DNA of 64,000 nt, from NCBI GenBank assembly GCA_965112155.1, contig OZ218102.1; one strand, given 5' to 3'. The notes beneath the pieces were generated by a model, which did no database searches, was not told the DNA's origin, and worked only from the letters and a program-made list of their open reading frames with translations. The stretch comes from Podarcis liolepis. Taxonomy: Eukaryota. This document shows positions 37,871 to 51,294 of this stretch, piece by piece; position 1 is the stretch's first letter; every line of letters begins with the position of its first letter. The position numbers and the translations under genes were made by a program.

Positions 37871-38943
37871 CTTCATTGCTTACTGCAAGCATTTTGAATT
37901 ATTCCTGAGATAGACTAGAGGCCTTTGATCTGCAATTAACTTGGCTGATGGGTTTCAACAGAACTTCATTGTGATTAACTTCCACTGTATCAGAACCAAA
38001 GTCAATTTCCGTAATTTCACTACTGTTGCTAGCACCAAATCATAAAAGTCAATAACCAGTTCCATCTTCACCAACAGAAAGATGAGAGATGTGAGCTTAT
38101 GAAAGAGTCCAAATTTCTAAACACTGGCCACAATCCAGAGCACATGCTGGACTTTCTCCCTGCCAGCTGTGAAAGAGAAAGAACCTGATGTACTCAGAGC
38201 TGTTTATCATAGGTGTCACTGGAAGTTCTATAATCTGAGGCATTGCGCTGAAGTACTGATGTGCAAGATAAATTTGTTAATAAACTAGTAGTACTTATCA
38301 ACTTGCCAATAGCAACAAGAGCTTGGGCTCTTTTTTTGTGGAAAGAAGAGCTCATTTTGTTTAACATGACCTTCCTGGAATGACCTGCTATTCCAAGCAG
38401 TTCAATAATCCAATAAGTCTGTGCTTACTAGGAAGGAGATAGATAGAATGGGCTAGTTTACATGATGTGGTTTGACGGGAGAAATCCAATTATTTTTTCA
38501 AAGGCTTAAGTAACCAAGTTGCAACACTATTACTAGTTCAGTGGAAAACTCATAGTGAAAATGCATCTACATCACAAATACTATACCCTGTCCAGTTAAA
38601 ATTACTCTGCTTTCAACAGAATAAATTCTACCCTCTGTCAATATTGCTACACTTTTAATACAGCACATGTCCAGAAGCAGGTTTCATTACATTGGCCCAT
38701 TTATTAGGTTCGAAACAGCATGCAATGGAGTTTTTATTTACTTTGTGATTACACTGTCTTTGCAACTTACTGCTCTCATGTCCTCTTTGCAACTCTTGAA
38801 CTGCCAGGATTTAAACAGAAACTGAAAGGGCACTTTATGAACTATACATAACAAGTCAAAAACTGGATGTTACTCTGAACGAGACTGCAATGTTCACTGG
38901 GAAATTATATGTGATACTATCAAGAGAATAGCAAGCAATAATA

Positions 38944-39193
38944 CAGTTGTACCTTGGATCCTGAACGCCTTGCAAGTTGAACGTTTTGGCTCCCAAACGC
39001 CGCAAACCCGGAAGTGAGTGTTCCAGTTTGCTAATGTTCTTTGGAACCCGAACATCCGACGGAGCTTCCACGACTTCCAATTGGCCGCAGGAGTTTCCTG
39101 TAGCCAATCGGAAGCCGTGCCTTGGTTTCTGAGCATTTTGGAAGTCGGACGGACTTCCGGAATGGATTCCGTTCAACTTCCGAGGTAAAACTG
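38944..39193 (+). mobile_element. Tc1/mariner MITE, same family as 32291-32490
   Basis: TA|CAGTTGTACCTTGG...CGAGGTAAAACTG|TA. Confidence 0.85.
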
Positions 39194-41523
39194 TACGCTG
39201 AGTATGAACAATTACCATCATACCCACTTCACCACTGTTTAACTCACTAGTGGAATTCTACAATGGTGAAATTGGCAAAGAGTCCCAAAAAGGCACAATG
39301 AACCATTTAAAATAGGAGGGTGGTATGAGATGGTGGGGTCAAGGACCTATCTTAATAGAAACTGCACAGGCAGGGGTGTGGGAGGCAAACCTCCCTTTCT
39401 CTTAGAGAATGATCAATTCCTCAGTAAGTATGGCAAAAGAAAAATTCAAAACCATGGAGGGAAAGCTCCAATTCTTCAGGTAGCAAGGCCTGATTAATAG
39501 TTGCTAAAATTGGTTATGTTATGGTTTATTTCTATGCTGCTTTTTGACCCAACGACCCCCAAAACAGTGAATATATTAATACAGAATAAATATGCAGTAA
39601 AAATACAACACATACAGTAAATCAAAACAATGTACGACAGCAACATCACAAAATACCTTCCAGCCACACTGGATATGAGTTTGTAAGCTGCATTCATGCT
39701 CTCACTACAGATACAGCTCCCCTGCATAACTTTCTCCCAGAAACCAAGTTAACCCATATTCCTCCCACCCCATGCCTCAGCTGCCACAACCTCTCACCTA
39801 GAAGCAAGCCCATCTACAACCAATCGCCCAGGAAGAGTGCCCTCACTCTCATCATGCCACAAAAAAAGTGGGAAAACCCTTTCGGTGTTTCATCCTTCCA
39901 GACCATCCCATTAGTGCTGGCCTGCCAGCACTAACCCACCACCAACAGAGGCTTTCCCATTGGAAGCCAGCTACGGTGGTGGCAAAATTCATGCTCTTTA
40001 CTGGCAGGTCTAGCTAGCCAAACTTTCTGTTTCCAGCCCACAGAAAAGGGCTGGGGAGGCTAAGGCTGCTATCCTAGCCTCCTAGCCAGCATCAGTTGTG
40101 TTACGGCTACCCGCTTCCTCTCTGATCCAGTGGTGGCTGGACTCAAGAAGGAATGGAAATCTTCATCAACCAATAGATCTTGGGAAGAAGTAGGCTCCTA
40201 CTGGATGAGAAGAGACACTACCCATTGTGGAGTGCTGTCTGGTACAAGCAGAAATTAATGTACACTGCAGTTACCCTTTCCAACATAGGCTGTCTTACAA
40301 ACCTAGGTACATGGAGGTCTAACCCTTCAAATAATTTCATATGGCTCTATGAATAAGTGACAGTTTTTCAAATATTTGATTCATTGCACCCAACTGGCAT
40401 ATTCCTACACTAAAAAAAGAACCATTGTTACATTTATGTTAACACTCAATATTTTTCTTTCGCAGCAAGTATTATATCCCTGACTGAACAAGGAGACTTG
40501 TCTATTTATCAGAACCAGAATGCATCACTTATTCATCATAATCTTTTTTATTATGTACCTAAGGATACATTGTCTTTATTCTACAGACACAGGAGAATAA
40601 CTAGGACAAATTATTCCATATCAGTGACAAACTCTTTTTCCAACCTGCTCTAAACCTCTGGCTGGAGCTAGCAGGATCAACATTCATCATTTCTGAATTA
40701 AGTACACCAACTTAATTTGGGGTGGGTGAGGTGTTATTTTTTATTCGGTTTTTGTATTAATTTTTGGCTATACATTTCGTAGGGTCCATAGATGTGTAAT
40801 TCTCTTCTACTTGTACTATTATCTGACAACTGATCTTGGAAGCTGTACTTGATGTTTTATTACAGTATTTTTAAAAGCAGATCTCAAAAAATTAATATCC
40901 TTATATTTATTCTCATAAGGCTAGGCAAGAAAGCATTTTTTGTTTTTGCATGAACATCCTACAATGCTCGCACAGTCATCATAGAATGAACTACTGAAGA
41001 AACCCTGTGGCAGACAAACTGCAATATAATCCCAAATGCACCATTACAAACCAGAGGGAAACCAAGCAAGGTGGTTTCTGCTGCATCTGGTCTAAAACTA
41101 ACTCCTCTTCTCTTACCCTACATTTTTTCCCTCCCAATATTGCCTCGAGTATTTTTCTTAGATGTGTTAAAATATTCAGAACAGGAATATTCCTCCAAGC
41201 GAAACGCAAATTACTTATTTCTCAAACCCTTAATTAAAACGTGTTGTAAGAAAATCAGCATTTAAGTAAAGGGTGGGGGGACTGCATGAATAGCTCTGCC
41301 TCACAGCATGGGATGGGAACACATGGGAGTCTTGGCCCTTCCAAATCTAATCTGTGAACAGTGCAAGTCTGCGTGGGGAGCACATGGAAAAACACACAAA
41401 CCTCCTAGCGGAACAAATGACATTTTATTTGTGTAAAGTGATTGATTCAAAATGTTAATAAGCAAAGTTAAAAGCATGGCGCTCTCCTGGTGCTGTTGGA
41501 AACCAACACCCACCAGTCCCAGC

Positions 41524-41764
41524 CAGTGGTGAAGCTGCATGCTCCAGCAGTGGGGGCAGAGAGTATGCGGGGGTGTGGCTGGCGCACATCCCGGGGTGTG
41601 GCACATCACCTGCGGGGGCGTGGTGCGCGTCCCGGGGGCGTGGCGCGCTGCCTGGCATGGCGGGGGGTGCACGGTGCGTCCGGGGGGCGGCCATGATGGA
41701 ACCAACTCCCCCATGGTGCCAGGGGCGATGCTCTCCCCCTGCCCCCCCCATTCCTCTGCCAGTG
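41524..41764. mobile_element. GC-rich hAT (Tip100-like) MITE nested in an older MITE; TSD GTCCCAGC/GTCCTAGC
   Basis: CAGTGG...CCAGTG ends, 8-bp TSD, internal CCGGGG(T/G)(C)GTGGC repeats. Confidence 0.75.
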
Positions 41765-42830
41765 GTCCTAGCAATGCATAGGGATGATGGGAATTGTAGG
41801 CCACCGAGGCCAGAAAGGCATCACATAGATTACTCTGCTCTAGAGGGTAGGAACATTAAAGTAAGAGGTGGGGGTCACACTGAAACATCCACACTTTGAC
41901 TCCTTTAAAGTTAATACATGTAAATTTGACTTAGTATATGAAAGAGCAGCTATATAATGTGTTACATCATGTGGGCAACAACACTGGAGAGAGCAGGGTG
42001 CTCATTGTTAATGAAACCTCTTTGAGCAATGGGCTTTCATTAAGATCCAAAATTCCCATTTTGCTCAGTTGTTATACATGTTGTCAGTTTTTTGGTCTTC
42101 TGAAATTACGCTTTTATGTGCTCCAACTATAACCACAAAGGGATTGTCTGCAGTTGTTGTTTTTTAGAACTATTTTTTAGAACTAACTATTTAAAACTAT
42201 TTGTATATTTATGTGTTGCCCAATTAATTCAAGGGCAGCTTTTTAGTAATCAAAATATTTTTGATTTAATTTAATTAACTGACTGATCAGTGAAAAGCTT
42301 TACAGGGGTAGAAAACGTACACTTGCATAATAATAGCTAAGCAATTTAACAATACCAAGCAAAAAAGAAAAAAAGAAAAACAAGTTGTGAATAAGTATAA
42401 TAGAGGGGCTGACAAAACCACAAACCCCCCTTCAGCCAGGCAACTCACTAGGGGGTCTTGGGCCAGCCACTATTTTTCAGCCTAATCTGCCTAACAAGAT
42501 AAGGGGGGGGGGAGGCAAAGAATACTACTGATGCTACCTTGAGCGTCTTCAAAGGAAGGTATAAATGCAGCAAACAAATTTGTTATTTTTAATCACTTTT
42601 TTCCCAAAGGCTATGCACATTTAAAAAAACACATTAACCACATAGGTGAAAAGCACCTTAACAAACCACTCATTACACAGACTGCCCCAGAATAACCAAT
42701 GACATAGTTTCAGATAAGTGGATTCTATTTTCTAAATTGAACAAACTCAACAGAATAGTGGGAATTTACCATCATAATGCAATTTTCCATCTGAGATTAA
42801 TCTTCTTCTTAGCTTCAAACGTCTCTTTCT

Positions 42831-42873
42831 AGAGAGAGGGAGAGAGAGGGAGAGAGAGGGAGAGAGAGAGAGA
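42831..42873 (+). repeat. (AGAGAGAGGG)3 + (AG)n
   Basis: Direct inspection. Confidence 0.9.
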
Positions 42874-44920
42874 ATGAGTAAGCCTATAGTTCTTTTTTAA
42901 TATTTCAGATAATTATAGCTTTCAGAGTGAATGCATTCCCTATTGCTTAGGTTCTCATTCTTGAACACTGGATACACAAAAGGGGGTTATCATCATTAAC
43001 TATCCCATGCACACAATACTTTTGCTGCAGTTTGGCTTCCCAAACTATACACGTGAAACAACACTCAAAGGTGTGTGCATTCTTCCCTGCAGGCAGCTTA
43101 TCTTTGTAAAAAAACAAACAAACAAACAAAAAACCTTCTGAAGGGGTCCTAGATTCAGGCATGATATTGCTCAAATATTCTCAAACTCTTATTTCTCCCA
43201 TGGCTTGTGCACTGTAACCAACCATATTAATTACATATATTAACAGATTAAAGCATTATTTTTCTTTATGGCCAGCAGTTTTCCTTGCCAGGTTTTTCTG
43301 ATGCTGAAAGAATGGTCGTAGGCGAGGGGGTAGCTGCCCCTCCCCAATTCAAGTAAATAAATAAAAATGCTTAACTAACTGGCCAATTGCATCACAGATA
43401 ACTCGGTTCTGCCTGCCAAAACATAAAGCCCCCCCAAAAAAATAAATCCTAACTACGCCAATGTGCTTAAGTACCAGATTTAGTTACTCTTTAACTAGGA
43501 ATAACTTAGAAATTTTACTTATGATGCCTACGACACAGATGAAATCCAGTGTAACTTTGGATTTTGCCCTCAAATGAAGCATCGTCAATGTGTTTTATAG
43601 CCATAATTTTACTGTTATTTCTTACTGTGAATAATGACTTGGAAAGTATGTTGATAACTTCTAAAACAAACTAGTTCCCTCCACCATCAAAAGCTGCACA
43701 GTATGTGCACTAGGAAACGGCAACGGATACTGATATTATGGGTAATGTTATTTTTGGTCTCAGAGCATAATTGATTGCTATGTTAGGGATCGGGAAGGAT
43801 TTTCCACATTTTTCCGATCTGGTGGCTGACTCAGGCAAGAAAGGAAATGTTGACCTTTCTGTGCAGCATGAAGGATTGTTATATCCCTGCCTGAGTCATA
43901 GGAGAACCATTTTACTGTGCATACCTATCCTCCTAGCATCCAAAGCAATCAGTACTTTATGCTAATGTGACAAGCCCAATTAACAGGAAACAAATAGTAA
44001 GCCAACGGTATTATCTCAACAGCATGGGGCCCCCAACAGTCATTTGATTCAGCGGTACATAGAGAAACTGCTGTCCTTGCCACCATTACAAATCCACACC
44101 ATGTTCCACAGAAAGATACAATATGAATTATTGGGAAATATAATGGGAATAGGCTGCATTTCATGGATTTAAATAAAAGACTGCAACTACACATGTGTTC
44201 CTCTGGGAACACACTACTAGCTTCCATATTTTGGAGCAGTGGCATCTAATACAACATGTCCTATGAGTAGCGCAGGCATTCAGCACTCGCCTTTTCCCTC
44301 TTGAGTTACATTAACAATGCAATTCTAATCATGTCTACTGAAAATCCTACTGAATTCAACAGATAAGTGGGGTTAGGACTTGAAGCCTAATCTATCTTCT
44401 TGACCAAGTGCTCTTTTATCATAAACCTAGCCAACCCAAGGAAATTTTGAAGTTAAATGTTATAGAGTTAAATCTAACCCCTTTCAATGTTCAATCTACC
44501 CAATCCTAAAATCTGTGACCCAAGCTTTGGTACTGATTGTGAAGATTCTCTATCTAGGCCAAGTCCATTATGTAATTTCAGTAATCTTTCATACTAACCC
44601 TCATTAGCTTGGCGCATTCTCCAGGGTATCTTGGGTCATGTGTTATATACCATTCCTTTTTCCAGCTAATAAATTAAGGCACTTACACACAAAAATCTGT
44701 ATAGACCATGCAACAGCATTCTGCCTATTTGTTGTGAATTAGAGATGGCTGAAGATCTCCAATTAGCTGATAGTAACGCTATCCTTATTCCAAAATCAGT
44801 GGTAATACCATTTCCTACTGCTCCTTCCCAGTTTAAGGCCCTATACAAAGAAAGCCAGTCTTCCTCCCTTATGTTGGTCTCTACAGTCCTAATAGGAGTG
44901 TTGGCCATTCCCATTATGTA

Positions 44921-45127
44921 CAGTGGTACCTCGGGTTAAGAACTTAATTCGTTCTGGAGGTCCGTTCTTAACCTGAAACTGTTCTTAACCTGAGGTACCA
45001 CTCCCGCTGCTGCCGCACCGCCGTGCGATTTCTGTTCTCATCCTGAAGCAAAGTTCTTAACCCAAGGTACTATTTCTGGGTTAGTGGAGTCTGTAACCTG
45101 AAGCGTCTGTAACCCAAGGTACCACTG
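44921..45127 (-). mobile_element. Same Tigger-like MITE family, opposite orientation
   Basis: TIRs, TA TSD; reverse complement of 19524-19762. Confidence 0.9.
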
Positions 45128-45331
45128 TACGCAGCATGGCAAAGCATCTTCACCCCGGTGCATCCATTTCATGAAGGTAAGGCAGCTGGCAGTGGGTGGG
45201 TGGCGGCCCAAGTCGGCCTGGCCAGTTTGGGGGGTGTCGCGTGACATCATGCACACGCAATGCCCCCCCCAAATGTTGGAGGGACCTCTGCATACATCTG
45301 TTTACACTTCCATTCTTGCAGCTGTCAAATA

Positions 45332-45690
45332 ATCATAGAATAGTAGAGTTGAAGGGGGACCCAAGGGTCATCTAGTCCAACCCCCTGAAATAAAGGAATC
45401 TGACAGGTGGCCATCCAACCTCTGCTTAAAAACCTTCAATGAAGGAGAGAACACCACCTCTCATAGGAGTCTGTTCAACTGTCAAAGTTCTTCCTGTTTA
45501 GTCGGAATCTCCTTTCTTGTAACTTGAATCCACTGGTCATCTAAAGTTTGATTAGCATTTCCTCAATACAGTACGTTCATCCAAGTTGTTTATAAATATG
45601 TTGAACAACAGCGAGCCCAGGGTAGAATCCTGCAGTACCCCACCTGTCACCTTCCCCCCAGGATCATGAGGAGCCGTTAGTGAGCACTTT
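45332..45690 (-). mobile_element. CR1 LINE 3' fragment with internal deletion
   Basis: ATCATAGAATAGTAGAGTTG...GGGTCATCTAGTCCAACCCC end; homologous to the 57.5-kb copy. Confidence 0.8.
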
Positions 45691-46629
45691 CTCTCAGGCA
45701 ATTTCTTTATTATTTCTTTTTTCCCCCTCACCTGTACTGTGTTCCCTGTGTTTTCTGCAAGTATTTTGTTCTAGCTTTGCCTTTCTTAGCATTCCTCTCT
45801 CTTCTGAGTGTCAGTACAGTACAAGGTGAACTTTTCGTCACTGATACAGTTAGTACATTGTTTCTGTCTAATCAAGCATCATATCACCTTCTAAGACAAG
45901 ACCAATAAGCTCACATTAACCTGCTATCCTCTGCATAAGAAATAATTCAAAATAGAAAGCAATTCCCTTTCCTTACCCAAGGACTGCAAGTTTCCTTTTG
46001 CTGTGATAAAAACCTACTTTAAAAATATTTGCCATTTCCCTGCAGCCATCAGGATGTAGCACAAGTAATTTAATGTATTTGTATCTGTATATGAACTGAA
46101 TAATTATTTGATTGCTATACTGTACTAAATATCAAAAAACTCACCCAAATATCAAGCCACAAAAGCCAGCAAACGGGGGGCGGGGGGAAGTAACCTGACA
46201 TTTCTCTGGCATACAATTATGTCGAAATTCAAAGCAGTTACCAGACAAAAAATTAATATAAACATTATGAGTCACAGCACTGGTCTGTGCGAACAGCTTC
46301 ACCTCGCATATCTATCAGCCTGGGGGTCCTTGCAACAGGTATCTCACCTGCAATATCAACAGCTGGGAATATAGGTGTGGTGTTACCGCACAGGGAAATT
46401 GATCTGGTTCAAACAGGGTCAACATTTCCTTGCTTAAAACAAAGTACTTCACATGGAAATATAATTGTACCTGAAAGAATTATCCACGAAATATTCCAGA
46501 AGTAGGATTCTAGCTCAAATGTTTGGGTTTTTGTTTTTTTTTAAAGGAACTGTTGCCTAAACCATGGGAAGTGACAACTGTCAATTTAGCAAGTGAATTG
46601 CCTATTTAAAAGTGAATACAAAGGGGTGC

Positions 46630-46984
46630 GGGACGCGGGTGGCGCTGTGGGTTAAACCACAGAGCCTTGGACTTGTCGATCAGAAGGTTGGCGGTTCGAA
46701 TCCCTGCAACGGGGTGAGCTCCCGTTGCTCGGTCCCTGCTCCTGCCAACCTAGCAGTTCAAAAGCACGTCAAAGTGCAAGTAGATAAATAGGTACCGCTC
46801 CAGCGGAAAGGTAAACGGCGTTTCTGTGCGCTGCTCTGGTTCGCCAGAAGCGGCTTAGTCATGCTGGTCACATGACCCGGAAGCTGTACGCCGGCTCCCT
46901 CGGCCAATAAAGTGAGATGAGCAACGCAACCCCAGAGGTCACGACTGGACCTAATGGTCAGGGGTTACCTTACCTTTACCTTAT
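46630..46984 (+). mobile_element. Sauria SINE, TSD AAAGGGGTGC
   Basis: Same consensus; GGTTCGAATCC B box; ACCTTT tail. Confidence 0.92.
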
Positions 46985-47879
46985 AAAGGGGTGCAGAAGA
47001 AGTTTGTTTTTTTTAAAAAAAAAATGAACCTGGGCTTCTCTTGTCAGGTTTCTAAGGAACAAGCCTTCATTTGGAATTCAATGCAAATATCGTTTTTAAA
47101 AACACATTTTAAATTACAACCTTCTAATAATAGAAATCAGTCACTACTGGTTATTTTGTAATTTGTGAAACAGTAAACAGAAAATGAGAATTAGATAGTT
47201 TCATTTTCAGAGATTGGCAGGAAAGTCCAACACTGTTGCATTTGATTTCATAAAAGGAAATTTCTCTAAAATGACAGGGCTAATAAAAAAGTTAAAAGGG
47301 AAAGCAAATGGATTCAAATCTCTCCAGAACACTGTGGGTGGATCCATCTAAGTTGTTGTATGAGTAGAATGAGGTTCGCTCGTGCAATGAGACTTCCCCA
47401 GTCTCCCCCCCCCCAAAAAAAAAATTCTGCTCTGGAGGGCTGGGGGGAAGCCCAGAATAGGTTCAGGGGGTTTGGGGCATGCATTCCACTTCTATATTTT
47501 AACACTATACAGAATTGCACCTTTGGGGATTAATCAAAAACGCATTCAAAGAAGCTGAGCTGGAATGCATACTGTCACATGAAGGGTTGGTTTTCATTAG
47601 AAGCATGGTGGGGAAGGGGTTAAGCCTCTCCTCCTGTGCACCATGGTCTGGATGAATATTGCCTTCCCTGAACCTATGCTGGAGTCTAAGTTAGACATTA
47701 TGTTAAATCATGTGGTTAGCAACCATGTAAGGGGATTTTGAAAAATACTAGGTGCAGAGGGAACAATAAAGTCCTAACTTTACGGATGCATCCTCTCTAC
47801 AAGAAAAGTCCACAGTTTCAACACTTTGTAGTTCAGCAAAAGGGAAATTACAGAGGAACATGATCAACGTTCATAAAAA

Positions 47880-48125
47880 CCTTGCAAGGGTGTAGCGCCT
47901 AGATGAAGCTTCTCTTTCCACCGCTCCCTCAATATACTGAACCTCGGGCCATCCAATTATGTCAAAAAGTGGGAGATTCAAAACTGACAAAATGGACTTC
48001 TTCGCATTGTGCAAAAACTATGAAATTAGGCAAAACAAGATGTGGTGATGGCCACTACCCTGGAGGCCTCTAAAGGGGATTGGACAAATTCATATCAATA
48101 ATACGATAGCTATCTGCTACCTCCA
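47880..48125 (+). mobile_element. Degenerate CR1 3' fragment
   Basis: GGGAGATTCAAAACTGACAAAA...GATGTGGTGATGGCCAC...GGATTGGACAAATTCAT. Confidence 0.55.
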
Positions 48126-49533
48126 GGATCAGAATGTGCCACTTTTTATTTATTTGTTCCTTTATTATCCATTTTAGTTAAAGTTTTCCAACACACTATA
48201 CAATAAGAAACTAACTAATTTAGAAAGAAATAATAGAGAACAATATATAAAAAAGGAAAGAAAGCAAGAGGGGGGGAACAAAATAGTAACAACCGCCATA
48301 ATAGTAATGGTTCTAATAAAACATGAAGTTATATATTTATGTACATAGGTCTCTATCATCATTTAATCTTAATCTTCCATCTACATATAGAGTTTCCTCC
48401 TACTAGCTCCCACTTGGGAGGCTTCCCCCCTTTCTCAGCCTCACACCCGGAGAAAGACCACTTACTTGAATAAAGCCACTCAGAGAGTGCCAAGTCTTAA
48501 AATGGAGATGAGTACCCATAGCTCAGCTGTGTGTTTTTAAACTAGAAGGGAACCCGCTGGATTTCATAGAATCATAGAATTGTAAAATTGGAAGGGACCT
48601 TAAGAATTGTGTAGTGCAATGCCTGGAATGCAGAAATATGCAGCTGTCCTGTACTTGCAACCTTGGCATTAATCAGCACCATGCTCTTATCAACTGAGCT
48701 ACCAATCCTCATACTGCAGCCTTATGCAAACACAGTGTTGTAACTTAACCCGAGCAACAGTATAGGCACACCTGCTTGGCTGGAGATTATTGCTACTTGG
48801 TCAGCCACAAAAAGAGATAAATTGTTTTACTAACATATCGCATCTAGCCTATTGGATGCTAGAAACCCTTCATGTCAAATGGTGAAATTTTAGACACATA
48901 TATTTCTATGCTTCTTAACTATGAATCAGAACAGTGGTCCAGTATATGGGATGTTGGACTTTTATTGAGGACCCTGCACTCAGATACACTCAGCAAATAA
49001 TACTCAATAGGGCTGTTGTGAAGATTAATGTTGTATTACCCCTACCTGAGTTTTAGGTCGGCAGTCTCTTTGAATAAATTAACCCGAATCCATCCATTTA
49101 TCAGCAACAAGAGGGATATAGATTTCTACATATGTGCAACTCTTAAGTGTTTGCTTTACTTTTTTTAGTATTCCTTTATTTCTATGAGACAAAATAGCAG
49201 CTACGTACTTGAAAATCACAGAAATGTCAAAGTTGAAGTGTTTTAAAAAAGAGAATCCTAATGCAAATGAGTTCAAATAATCAATTCTGTAGTTGGGAGG
49301 GGGGAGAGATGAAAATATATGCTTCCACTACTAAAACTATTCATACTATTGCAAATAATGATGTTCCTAAATGGAAAGAACACTGCTAATTGCCTGCTGT
49401 CTGAAACCAGAATTTGATAAATAAGTTCAATTATTTTCCCTTGTAAATCCTTAATGGCACCTTGTCTGGCACAGGATATTTATTCTTATTGAAGGTTTGC
49501 GAAACCTGGCAGGTGCTATGAGACTTCCTTTAC

Positions 49534-49605
49534 CTAGGCAATAGATTGTTAAAGCTGGGAGAATATTTATTTGAAGCATGTATCATATTTACTGTGCAAG
49601 ATGAT
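49534..49605 (-). other. SGMS1: Candidate non-coding 5'-UTR exon of SGMS1 (72 nt)
   Basis: Acceptor gttattttcttctag|ATC and donor CTAG|gtaaag in unique sequence between the 143-nt candidate and the first coding exon. Confidence 0.4.
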
Positions 49606-50655
49606 CTAGAAGAAAATAACAGTTTCTTGTTTGTTTTTAAAGCCAGGCAATGAAATAACGCCACTACAAAACATTCCCCAAACGGAAACAGTTTTACTTA
49701 CAAAATACACTTTCTCACTATGTTAGAAGTGGGTGTAATATCCCATGTTCAAATACGTAGCCAATTTAACTTAGAATCTTAACAGTTGGCTTTGAGATAA
49801 CATCATTCCTCAGTCTACATCTACTTTGCAGGCTCACCGTGAGGCTAAGATGCTACTCTAAAACCCATGGGGAAAGGGTTGGATGCAAATCAGTCAAAAC
49901 CAATAAAATTCTTTAAGATCCCACTGATTTCAACACAACTCACTTTCAAAAAGAATGTGTAAACAGGTAAGTTCCAAAGAACATGAATGGCCAACACTAG
50001 GGGTAGTCAATGTGATGTGCTCCAGATGATGTGGGACTACAACTGTCATCATCTCTGCTTATTGGTCATGCTGCCTGGGGCTGCTGAGAGCTGAAGTTCA
50101 ACAACATCTGGAAAGCACCATGTTGGCTAGACCTGAACAACACATACTAAAGGCATACTTCTGAGTAGTAGACATGGACAAGATAACTGTACATCCCAAT
50201 GAGTTAAATGGAGCTTAGTCACAGGTATAGTAGGATTACAGCCTTGGGTGGTTTGTTTTTACTTAAATGAACTACTGTAGCTAGTTCTTATATTTATTGG
50301 AAGCTGCTCCAGAAGCTCCAATAGCCCACTGGGTGTAAGGACATTTGGCCACCCAACTCCCTCTGGACTCCGGCATAAGTAAATATGTACATAAGGGACT
50401 GAATGGCTATCAACATTTACATCCATTTAATACAAACAACATACACTGATTATCAGGTTTCACTGAGATAAAGAAGGGTGGGGAACCTGTGGCCCTCAGC
50501 TTAATTTAGGGAGGTGGGGGAGTCTGCAAGGAGAGATGGAGCGTGAATACTAAAACGAATGGAGCAATGTGAAGAGAGGTGGAAAGCCCTATTCAAGCAT
50601 GCAATTCAGACCTCAGACAACAGCAATTTCTTCCTTCCAAGGTAACCCACTAGGG

Positions 50656-51294
50656 CAGGAATCAGCAAATTTTTTCAACTGTCCCTCAGACCTTGTGGGG
50701 GACCGTGTCATGTGACAAACACACATGAGAGCAGAAGCAGCAAAGCAGGCTGGGAAGTGCAGGGACTGCACAATCATTTGGGCCTACTAAAGTTATTCAG
50801 GCCTAACTGCTAACTGTTGAGTCACTCTGACATGTGACTTAGCAGCCAGTTTCTCTTTTGTGTTCTCTGTAAGATGTCAGTTAGAGTCAGTCTGTTTCAG
50901 TTGTGAACAGAGTCAGTATGTAATCTCAGTCAAACTGTTTGGAACCATGTTGTTTATGAAGAAGTTTATTTTAATTCAGTAAAGCTTTTATTCTTTAAAA
51001 CTCTGCATTATTAATTTACGCTGCGTGTCAGACTGGACTATATTTTGAAAAATAAATAAATTAATGAATTCCTATGCCACACAAATAACCCAGATATGTA
51101 TTTTAAATAAAAGCATACATTCTACTCATGTAAAAACACTAGGCAGGCCCCACAAATAACCCAGAGATACATTCTAAATAAAAGGACACATTCTATTCAT
51201 GTAAAAACATGCTGATTCCCAGACCGTCCGCAGGCCGGATTTAGAAGGTGATTGGGCTGGATCCAGCCCCCGGGGCTTAGTTTGCCTACCCATG
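50656..51294 (-). mobile_element. hAT MITE, same family, interrupted by a solo LTR
   Basis: Both ends present; TSD CACTAGGG/CGCTAGGA. Confidence 0.82.
50706..51030 (+). mobile_element. Solo LTR (325 bp, TG...CA, 5-bp TSD GACCG/GACTG) nested in the hAT MITE
   Basis: MITE sequence resumes exactly after the duplicated 5-mer; AGTAAA signal near the 3' end. Confidence 0.75.

Noticed and set aside
41301-41899. Cluster of overlapping GC-rich ORFs or a CpG-island promoter
   Set aside because: Explained by a 241-bp GC-rich hAT MITE with an 8-bp TSD.
46630-46710. tRNA gene (A/B boxes, GGTTCGAATCC)
   Set aside because: It is the tRNA-derived head of a Sauria SINE; the same applies to the other four copies.
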